A stretch of 22,696 bases of DNA. Origin: Nitrosopumilaceae archaeon (GTDB taxonomy: Archaea > Thermoproteota > Nitrososphaeria > Nitrososphaerales > Nitrosopumilaceae). Below are positions 13,640 through 20,890 of this stretch, one piece after another. The notes under the pieces are model-generated. The model made no database searches. It was not told the origin of the DNA and saw only the letters and a list, made by a program, of their open reading frames with translations. The stretch lies in NCBI GenBank assembly GCA_050749225.1, contig JBOGQR010000009.1:1-22696 (forward strand). The letters are read 5' to 3'. The first letter of the stretch is position 1. Each line of letters starts with the position of its first letter. A program made the translations under genes and the position numbers.

Positions 13640-14635
13640 TTGTTAAAAATCGATAAATTCCAACGCGTCATAGCTATTCCATATTCTGCGCTAGCATCAG
13701 TCATCTTTGGTATGATGATAATTTCTTTTCCCATTGGAGCATATGTAGTTTTTAACTCTAATATAGGAAAAGAAATTAATTTTCAATATCCAGTTGACGG
13801 CGTAGATGCTTTTCTTGGCGGCATAGGATTCAAGCTACCGATTCATTTTGAGATTGGCGATGGTTTTATTGTCATGTGGTGTGTCTATCTTGTTTTGTTC
13901 ACTATTTCACTGACTGGTCCTCAGCGAAACTTGATGAAAGCACTTTCCTTAGTAATGACAGAAGGATGGCACAATATCAAAAACAATGCACTTTTGAGCA
14001 TGATAACCTGGTTTTCTATTTTAATTGTCTTTTCATTAATTATTGATTTTATTCAACATGGTTTTGGTATAAACATAGAACCACCAACATCACAAAACAG
14101 ATTAATCCAATTCTTTCAAGTTACAACATCACCGTTAAGTGAAGAGGTAGGCTTTAGAGTTCTACTTATTGGGCTTCCACTTTTTGCCATGTTCTCCCAT
14201 AAAGCATCATTAAAACATTTTTTCAAATCACTTTGGCACCCATCAAAAAATTTGGAGGTTACAAACTACAAAAAAGTATTAGCGTTGATTCTAACAGTTG
14301 CCATATTTTTTGGAGTAGCACACATTATTTCAGGTACACCATGGAGTGCAGGCAAGTTTGCTCAAGCAACTATGGCAGGAATAATAATTGGTTGGGTTTA
14401 CGTTAGATATGGTTTTGCACCTGCCATTTTGATTCATTGGGCAACAAACTACTTCATATTTTCGTATGCATATTTTATATCTGAAATGATCCAATCTCCA
14501 ATTACAAACGAGTTTTCAGATCCATTTTCAAATACATTAGAGGCATTACTTTTGATTACAGGTGGAATTGCGATTGTAGGCATTACATTAAACTACATAA
14601 AATCAAAAAAAGAATCAACCATAACACAAGTCTGA
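13640..14635 (+). CDS. CPBP-family (CAAX/Abi-type) intramembrane metalloprotease
   Basis: Polytopic membrane protein with the three CPBP motifs: EExxxR (LSEEVGFRVLL), FxxxH (FFGVAHI) and HxxxN (IHWATNY). The TTG start, 7 nt after the sui1 stop, is uncertain. Confidence 0.85.
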   Translation: MLKIDKFQRVIAIPYSALASVIFGMMIISFPIGAYVVFNSNIGKEINFQYPVDGVDAFLGGIGFKLPIHFEIGDGFIVMWCVYLVLFTISLTGPQRNLMKALSLVMTEGWHNIKNNALLSMITWFSILIVFSLIIDFIQHGFGINIEPPTSQNRLIQFFQVTTSPLSEEVGFRVLLIGLPLFAMFSHKASLKHFFKSLWHPSKNLEVTNYKKVLALILTVAIFFGVAHIISGTPWSAGKFAQATMAGIIIGWVYVRYGFAPAILIHWATNYFIFSYAYFISEMIQSPITNEFSDPFSNTLEALLLITGGIAIVGITLNYIKSKKESTITQV

Positions 14636-14683
14636 ATGTGTTAATACCAATTAATCTGGAATTTAGTTTCGAAAATTATAATG

Positions 14684-15322
14684 TTAGATTAACAAATCCT
14701 CAAGCATCTTTGAAATTGATGGTTTTGAGTATTTTAAAATAGTTTGAAGATCTTCTGGCTCATCTACATCAAGCATTATTCTTCTAATCAAAACTAGTGC
14801 AGATTTTGCAGATTTATTATTTGCAGTAGTTAGATGTATTTTATAGCTGTCCTCATCATAATGAGTTTCCATGGCATCCACTGGACTTCTAAATAGTGCA
14901 TTTGTCCCATCAAATCTTCTTGAGGGCACCACAAGCACACACTTGCCAGGCATTTGAAAATCACACAGCGTTTGTATATCTTCGGTTTGCATGAGAGGAA
15001 CATCCTGAGGAAACACGATTGTCGCACCAAATCCCTCATTCAAAAAATACGTGTCTGCCATAGCAACTGCACTGTTTACACCCTGTTCTTTTTCATCATA
15101 GATTTCAACAATGTTAAATTTTTTCCCAATCTTAAAGGCAGATTCGTCTTTACTTACAACTGTGATTTTTTCTATGACATCAGATTGTGATATTGTTTGT
15201 AAGACTTCCTCTAGCATTATCTTACAAAGCTCCTCTGTTTTTTCGTATGACAAGTTTAGTCGCGTTTTAGCTTTTGAAAAGGTTTTTACTGGAACAATTG
15301 CGCCCGTACGTAATTTAGGCAT
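14684..15322 (-). CDS. cofC: 2-phospho-L-lactate guanylyltransferase (F420 biosynthesis)
   Basis: 'GAIVPVKTFSKAKTRLNLS...ELCKIMLEEVL', 'GVNSAV', 'VFPQDVPLM', 'PSRRFDGTNAL' and 'DVDEPEDL' follow the CofC pattern. 8-nt overlap with cofD upstream. Confidence 0.85.
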   Translation of the reverse strand: MPKLRTGAIVPVKTFSKAKTRLNLSYEKTEELCKIMLEEVLQTISQSDVIEKITVVSKDESAFKIGKKFNIVEIYDEKEQGVNSAVAMADTYFLNEGFGATIVFPQDVPLMQTEDIQTLCDFQMPGKCVLVVPSRRFDGTNALFRSPVDAMETHYDEDSYKIHLTTANNKSAKSALVLIRRIMLDVDEPEDLQTILKYSKPSISKMLEDLLI

Positions 15323-16235
15323 GTACTTGTTTTAAAATAAAAGACGCAAGAGCATCTTCATCTTTTTTGTCTTTCATTTTTATTTTAGTTTCATATACTT
15401 TCATGTCCAAGTTTTCTATCTTTCTTGTTAGAAGTCTATCAGAAGAATCAATCACTATATGAGAAGCCACGTCAGAATACATTTTTGCAAGTCCATATAC
15501 TGATACTTCCATGCCAGCTGCCTCCATGTATTTAGCGGCAGGTCCGCTAACAGAGCTATTTCCAATTAGTGGGCTTACTACAACAACTTTCTTTTTTGAT
15601 TTAGATAGTTCTTTTTTTATTCCCTTAATTGAAAGAATAGGTCCTATGCTTGTTAATGGATTTCCTGGCGCAATTATAACCAATTTAGCATCATGTATAG
15701 CATTTACAGCTGCAGGATTTGCCCTAGCCTTATCTGCCCCAAGATATTTTATTCCCTCGACATTATCTTGCCCCTTGTGTTTTACCCAGAATTCTTGAAG
15801 GTGAAGATCACCTTTGTTTGTCACTATTCTTGTCTCTACAGTATTATCTGTGACAGGAATTATTTTTATGTCAATAGCAAATTTTTGGCATAGCCATGTG
15901 GTAATATCAGATAGGTTCTTGCCGTTTTTGAGCATATTTGTTCGTAAAAGATGAATTGCTGCATCTCTGTCTCCAATTTTAAACCAAGTCTCTTCTCCTA
16001 ACATTTCCATTTGACGTAAGAAATTGTAAGTGTCTTTTTTTATTCCCCATCCTTTTTCTCCATCAAGCAAGTCAGCAAGACCATAAAGAATTGTATCAAT
16101 GTCAGGACAAATATACAGACCATAAAGCCAATAGTTATCACCAACGTTTGATATCACATTGATATCTCTTGTTTGTGAGGATATTCCTCTAACAAGTTTA
16201 ACGGAACCAGTGCCACCTGCAAGTATTGTTATCAT
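15315..16235 (-). CDS. cofD: 2-phospho-L-lactate transferase (LPPG:FO transferase, F420 biosynthesis)
   Basis: N-terminal 'ITILAGGTGSVKLVRG', 'CPDIDTILYGLA', 'GDRDAAIHLLR' and 'IIAPGNPLTSIGPIL' are characteristic of the CofD family. Adjacent to cofC. Confidence 0.93.
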   Translation of the reverse strand: MITILAGGTGSVKLVRGISSQTRDINVISNVGDNYWLYGLYICPDIDTILYGLADLLDGEKGWGIKKDTYNFLRQMEMLGEETWFKIGDRDAAIHLLRTNMLKNGKNLSDITTWLCQKFAIDIKIIPVTDNTVETRIVTNKGDLHLQEFWVKHKGQDNVEGIKYLGADKARANPAAVNAIHDAKLVIIAPGNPLTSIGPILSIKGIKKELSKSKKKVVVVSPLIGNSSVSGPAAKYMEAAGMEVSVYGLAKMYSDVASHIVIDSSDRLLTRKIENLDMKVYETKIKMKDKKDEDALASFILKQVHA

Positions 16236-16364
16236 TTTTTCAATTTCCTACGAAGATTGGTAATGTTAGTATGCACAATATTACTTTTGCCACAAAACAG
16301 ATTTTCAATTTTATTGACAGTATTTACGATAAGATTTATTACTGCCCCTAAAAGTAGTCTGAAC

Positions 16365-17507
16365 GTGACTATAGGCAGGTATTTTGCTTTAGGATTAATT
16401 GGCTTATTGGTTTTTGGCAGCATTTCTCCGATTTGGGCAACTTCAGATCTTTCTGTAAATCTCAGTGCATCAGGTAATCCCGCACAATCAACCTTCAAGT
16501 TTTTGGAATCGGCATTTATTGAATATCCAAACGGTGGTAAACTAAAGGATCTCTTGGCAGGCAAAAATTACACCATAAGTTTTACTGAAAACTCTAACAA
16601 CACAAGTGTTCAAGATTTGATGCATCAACTAAATACAGCACTAGTGCGTGATCAGAAAAGCCCAGTAATCATATCAGATTTGATCGTAGAGTACACTGCA
16701 ACGCTTGTAGGAGATGACAAATCAACATCAATTGATTACAATCTTGAATTGATTCCAACTTTGACAGGCTATGTCATTACAAAAGGAAGTGGTAATCAAC
16801 CAACAATCATCGATGCAGCATGGATGGGTCTCACATTAAAGGGTCCCGTTGTCATAAAAACTGCAGAATATGGAGATGTCGAAGTCAACAATCCAGTAAG
16901 CTTTGTAAAAAATATAGCACCAGATGCATATTCTGTTATTGCACCAAAATTAGGGGATGCTTTGAATAACAATTTGATTGATGCAAGCAGTATCTTACAA
17001 GAACCAATTGATCAATGGAATCATCTTTTTGATCCAGCATTTATAATATCTGAGACTAGCGGTTTTGGGTACAAGGGAGAGAAAGTGCCAATAACAACCT
17101 ATGCCATGGGACAAAGTAGCATAAGTGAAGGAAAACATCAACCAACACAAAATACGATAGATATTTCTACAGATGCTAATTACCAACTTACAACAATCCA
17201 ACATGCAAGTTCAGCTACAGTCAATATTGAAGGTCATGCAATTACAACTAGCGTGGGCGGAACACCAGCATTTGGTACTACTCCACAATCTCAAGGCGGT
17301 GATACATCAAGTGGAGGATTTCCAGTAGGAATAATCTACGGAATGGCAGCCTTTGGTGCTATTGTTGCAGGCGGAGTTTTATTCTGGAGTAATAAAAAAC
17401 TAAAAGATAGTGCTAACAGGCCAAAAGATACAAGACCCTATAGGACACTAGAGTATGAAGATCGAAAACACTGGGCTGACAAGTTTGATAAAAAATCAGC
17501 AGTATAA
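16365..17507 (+). CDS. Type-I membrane/surface protein, unknown function
   Basis: The listed ORF starts at 16257. From GTG 16365 the product begins (M)TIGRYFALGLIGLLVFGSISPIWA, a good signal peptide, and GATTTATTA is centred 27 nt upstream. C-terminal TM segment (FPVGIIYGMAAFGAIVAGGVLFW) plus a ~45-aa charged tail. Confidence 0.7.
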   Translation: MTIGRYFALGLIGLLVFGSISPIWATSDLSVNLSASGNPAQSTFKFLESAFIEYPNGGKLKDLLAGKNYTISFTENSNNTSVQDLMHQLNTALVRDQKSPVIISDLIVEYTATLVGDDKSTSIDYNLELIPTLTGYVITKGSGNQPTIIDAAWMGLTLKGPVVIKTAEYGDVEVNNPVSFVKNIAPDAYSVIAPKLGDALNNNLIDASSILQEPIDQWNHLFDPAFIISETSGFGYKGEKVPITTYAMGQSSISEGKHQPTQNTIDISTDANYQLTTIQHASSATVNIEGHAITTSVGGTPAFGTTPQSQGGDTSSGGFPVGIIYGMAAFGAIVAGGVLFWSNKKLKDSANRPKDTRPYRTLEYEDRKHWADKFDKKSAV

Positions 17508-17540
17508 ATAACAAAAGTCTGACATTTTCTTAATTATAAT

Positions 17541-17551
17541 AAAAATAAAAT
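17541..17551 (-). terminator. T-rich tract immediately 3' of RNase P RNA
   Basis: The minus strand reads ...GCACGCACC-ATTTTATTTTTATTATAATTA directly after the terminal helix. Confidence 0.4.
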
Positions 17552-17834
17552 GGTGCGTGCTAGACGTAACCCTCCTTCTGTTTTCACGAGATTCAGCTAT
17601 GCGGCCTACCTAAACCAAGTGCAGTGCTTTTAGTTTTGTTTGGCCTTGCTCCCTGTGGGTCAGCTTTTTCACTCTTTACCGGAAATCTCAGGTTTTGCCA
17701 TCACAGTACGCCGGGTCGGATTTTTTTCTGTTCTGTAGCCAGCCATCTCTGACTATCCATCTCTGGATCACATTTACTGCATGGAGGGAGGAGTTTCCTC
17801 TGCCTTAGCAGTAGCTCGTTCACCAGCTCGCACC
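17552..17834 (-). ncRNA. rnpB: RNase P RNA, archaeal type A
   Basis: About 283 nt island of roughly 50% GC in non-coding DNA. A terminal helix (5' GGUGCGAGCUGG / 3' CUAGCACGCACC) closes the RNA. CR-I 'GAGGAAACUCCUCCC' and CR-V 'ACAGAAGGAGGGUUAC' form P4 with the conserved bulged U. 'GGUAAAGAGUGAAAAAGC' (CR-II-like) and 'AGCUGAAU' (CR-IV-like) are present. Ends are accurate to a few nt only. Confidence 0.9.
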
Positions 17835-17858
17835 TTGATAATCATAATCAGAAATTTC

Positions 17859-17866
17859 TATTTTAA
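17859..17866 (-). promoter_or_regulatory. TATA box (TTAAAATA) of the RNase P RNA gene
   Basis: Centred about 28 nt upstream of the first G of the terminal helix (17834). Confidence 0.5.
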
Positions 17867-17898
17867 CATTGTTAGAACACAAGATACCTTACAAAATA

Positions 17899-20247
17899 TT
17901 ACATTTTTGGTGCAAAATAATCCTCATCTGAGAGAGGTTTCTTCTTTGCTCTCATAAAGGCCATTAGTTTCATGGTCTCGATATACATGCTGTAAATGAA
18001 TTTATTTTCCCTAAGTCTAGGGGCAATCACATGCCAAAAGTATCGAGCTCTAATATTTGAGAATCTAGAGTCACGCACAACAAACACACTGTAAGCGGAT
18101 TTTTCTACGATTGCCAATGTCTTTGGACTAAAAGCTTGGTCTGATTGATTTCCTGCCCCTACTATGACAATCTCTGGATCTTTGTTTAGGTTTTGCAATA
18201 AATCTTTGGCAATATCTTCGGTTGTCGGATAGATTCTTTCAACAGGAATTTTTTTGAGATCCAAATCAAACATCTTTTCATTAATTTTTCCTAATATGTC
18301 ACGTTCTTCTTCAGGTGATTCAACTACACCTCTAACAATTCGCATACTACTTCCCAGAGTATTAGAAAATGCACTTGCAACTTCAACTCCCAAGTCAGAG
18401 TGCCTTCCCTTATCATATAACACTACAACATGTGCAAGTTCCTTTTCAAATTCTTTTTTGATATGTACTCCGAGTATATCGCATGTAGTAAGCGATAGTA
18501 ATTTTCTGTTGTTGCGAAGATCATAGAAATCCATCACAAGCAAGTTAATTCCTTGTTCTTCAACAGTAGCTAGTATGGCTTCTGTTGTGTCATGTGTCAA
18601 TCTTACTAGATATCTATAATCGGAGGATTCAGGTAAAGATCTTTTCATATCTCCAACTGAACGCATAGTGGGCTCCGCAAATCCCTGTCCCATAAAAAGA
18701 GGGATCTGAATAGGTATAGTTACTACACTTAGAAGAGATATTTCGCCGTCTTTATTTTTTGCAATTGCAGATGCAATTTTTACTAGTTTTTCAACAGTTT
18801 TCTTGTTAGAGACAATCATTATACGATAATCTTTTCTGTGAGGCGGACCTTCGTTTGCAACTAATGGTGCATAGTGTTCAATCTCCTTTTTTGCAATATA
18901 CAATTTGTAAATTGAAAATCCAATCAATATCCAGACAATGGCAATTGCCCAGCTCAGTGGATTATATATTAGAAGAAAGACTGCAAGTCCTACTTTACAA
19001 AATATACCTATAATTGGCATGAGTGGAAAGAACGGGATTTTGAATCCATAGTCAAGTTTGTTACCATAGAGTCTTCTGATTTGTATTCCTGCCCAATTTA
19101 CTTGTGTAAATAAAAATAGAAACATCACACCAGCTGCAAGTGCTAACTGTTCAATTGGAAGCCATACTGCCATTACAAGCATGATGAAACCTGATGCAAT
19201 TATTGCAAAGTGCGGAGTATGATATTTGGCATGAACAGAACTAAAGATTGAGGGAAGATTGTATTGTCTTCCCATAGCAAATGAAACTCTACTTGAGGAA
19301 AATGTAGTTGCACTTAGTGCTGCAATAGTTGATACCAGACCGCCAACTAATACTGCTATCATTCCAAAAGGTAACAGGAATTTTGCTGCTTGTGCTATCC
19401 CCAGCTCTTGGTAATCACCAATGAAATTCCATGCGTCTTTACCAGTTTTGGATGGATCTAATCCACCTAAGAATGAAAATGTAAAAACTACGTAAAGAAC
19501 AGTAACAACTCCAAGTGTAATGAAAATTGCTTTTGGAATATTCCTTTTTGGATTTTTGACTTCTTCACCAGTTTGTACAATTATTTCATAGCCTTCAAAA
19601 GCAATGTATGTAATTCCCATTCCTAAAATTAATCCTGTTATTCCCTTTGGCAAAAAATTCTGAAAGTTTGCTGTCCAATTAGGATTAGTAAAGCTCAATG
19701 CATAGATGCCTGCAATGATTAGAACTACAATGATGGCAAGTTGCATTATTGTTAGCCCATTTCCAACTTTGCCAGTAAGTGAAGCTCCTCTGTAATTTAC
19801 ATACGTGAAAATTATTATTGAAATTGTGGCGATGATCTTCTCCAGTGGCATTCCGCCATATTCAGACGAAATTCCTATGTTTGTAAGCAAGCTTCCAAAA
19901 AATGATCCAAAGGAAACTGCGTACAAGCTTCCTGCAATCATGTGGGCAAACCACGCAGTCCATCCACTGATAAAGGCATTTGGTCTTGGCAGCCCTTCTT
20001 TTACCCATCTATAACCACCGCCTGCTTCTGGAAATGCAGAACCAAGTTCAGCATAGGTCAGTGCGGTAAAGAAGCTGATAACTCCACTAAATACAAAAGC
20101 TACAATTAATGCAGGGCCAGCTTCATGCACAGCAGGTCCTACCAGATTAAAGATCGAGCCTCCAATCATTGCGGCAATTCCAACCATTGTTATATCAAGC
20201 AGCGACAGGCTACGTACAAGACCTGGAGATGACTTTTCAGCAGACAT
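17899..20247 (-). CDS. APC-superfamily amino-acid permease fused to two C-terminal universal-stress-protein (Usp) domains
   Basis: N-terminal ~460 aa form a 12-TM permease ('LSLLDITMVGIAAMIGGSIF...ALTYAELGSAFPEAGGGYRW'). The C-terminal ~320 aa carry two Usp-like alpha/beta units ('YRIMIVSNKK...', 'HVVVLYDKGRHS...PEIVIVGAG...VFVVRD'). Confidence 0.9.
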   Translation of the reverse strand: MSAEKSSPGLVRSLSLLDITMVGIAAMIGGSIFNLVGPAVHEAGPALIVAFVFSGVISFFTALTYAELGSAFPEAGGGYRWVKEGLPRPNAFISGWTAWFAHMIAGSLYAVSFGSFFGSLLTNIGISSEYGGMPLEKIIATISIIIFTYVNYRGASLTGKVGNGLTIMQLAIIVVLIIAGIYALSFTNPNWTANFQNFLPKGITGLILGMGITYIAFEGYEIIVQTGEEVKNPKRNIPKAIFITLGVVTVLYVVFTFSFLGGLDPSKTGKDAWNFIGDYQELGIAQAAKFLLPFGMIAVLVGGLVSTIAALSATTFSSSRVSFAMGRQYNLPSIFSSVHAKYHTPHFAIIASGFIMLVMAVWLPIEQLALAAGVMFLFLFTQVNWAGIQIRRLYGNKLDYGFKIPFFPLMPIIGIFCKVGLAVFLLIYNPLSWAIAIVWILIGFSIYKLYIAKKEIEHYAPLVANEGPPHRKDYRIMIVSNKKTVEKLVKIASAIAKNKDGEISLLSVVTIPIQIPLFMGQGFAEPTMRSVGDMKRSLPESSDYRYLVRLTHDTTEAILATVEEQGINLLVMDFYDLRNNRKLLSLTTCDILGVHIKKEFEKELAHVVVLYDKGRHSDLGVEVASAFSNTLGSSMRIVRGVVESPEEERDILGKINEKMFDLDLKKIPVERIYPTTEDIAKDLLQNLNKDPEIVIVGAGNQSDQAFSPKTLAIVEKSAYSVFVVRDSRFSNIRARYFWHVIAPRLRENKFIYSMYIETMKLMAFMRAKKKPLSDEDYFAPKM

Positions 20248-20317
20248 TATTATCTAACGGTTTGGAAAAAATGGTTGAATAAATCTCTACTTGTTTCTTT
20301 ATACAATAACAGACATC

Positions 20318-20827
20318 CTAGTGGCTCTCTACAATATCGTAAATATCATATTCTTTGAGGATAGATATGATCTCTTCTTCTGATTGTGCTTTTGCATAGT
20401 CTTCGAGGAGATTTTTGTTGAGATCATAAAAAGTATGGCCCCATTTGAATTTGTTTAACATGTCATGTGCAGCATCATTGAATTCCATGATAAACAATGC
20501 ACCTGCTATTGCTTCCACAGTTGTAAGCTTGCTTAGTTTTGAATAGTTAACTGGATTACCAGCAAAAAGCGGTGGAAGTTTTCTATGCATACCAGAAAAT
20601 TTTTTTATAAATGTTTCCTGCGCAAATTCCCATGAACAATCAATTCCAGTTATAGAATTAGCAACAAGCCTATCATTTTTTAAAATCATTTTATCTGCAA
20701 AAGGATCTAAAATCAATGTGTTTGACAAAGTGCTTTTTACATTTTTTGCAATTCCAAATTTAACAAGTTTTGCAGCAGAGCATTTTTTTGGATCATCTTG
20801 CTTGAACATTAAAACCTGAATTTGCAT
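20318..20827 (-). CDS. tsr3: 16S/18S rRNA aminocarboxypropyltransferase Tsr3
   Basis: 'FKQDDPKKCSAAKLVKFGI', 'ILDPFA', 'GIDCSW', 'LPPLFAGNPVNYSKLSKLTTVEAIAGALFI' and 'KFKWGHTFYDLN' match the Tsr3/DUF367 family. TTTATTATA box is centred 28 nt upstream. Confidence 0.9.
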   Translation of the reverse strand: MQIQVLMFKQDDPKKCSAAKLVKFGIAKNVKSTLSNTLILDPFADKMILKNDRLVANSITGIDCSWEFAQETFIKKFSGMHRKLPPLFAGNPVNYSKLSKLTTVEAIAGALFIMEFNDAAHDMLNKFKWGHTFYDLNKNLLEDYAKAQSEEEIISILKEYDIYDIVESH

Positions 20828-20890
20828 ATTATTTTATCTTGTATCAGATGTATAATAAACTACCAGAAGTGTTGATGTTTGTAATTATGC

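Noticed and set aside
16232-16564. 110-aa minus-strand ORF whose stop overlaps the cofD ATG (ATGA), superficially suggesting a third gene in the cofCD operon
   Set aside because: It is antisense to the signal-peptide region of the 416-aa surface-protein ORF and would consume the only available promoter space for both cofD and that gene. Its sequence has no recognisable features. The ATGA overlap is probably coincidental.
1236-20014. Many 60-130-aa ORFs on the opposite strand or in alternative frames of long genes: 1236-1553, 2073-2402, 3053-3301, 3396-3581, 3452-3649, 4910-5164, 4953-5243, 5551-5832, 5914-6105, 6746-6934, 9783-10040, 10030-10221, 10527-10742, 11127-11348, 11454-11639, 12119-12520, 14830-15039, 14954-15190, 15111-15335, 15511-15798, 15693-15893, 16995-17204, 18254-18526, 19805-20014
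   Set aside because: Each is fully nested in or antisense to a much longer ORF with a recognisable family or membrane topology. Their translations are low-complexity (Ser/Cys/Phe/Ile-rich), as expected for antisense frames of AT-rich genes. None has its own TATA-like box.
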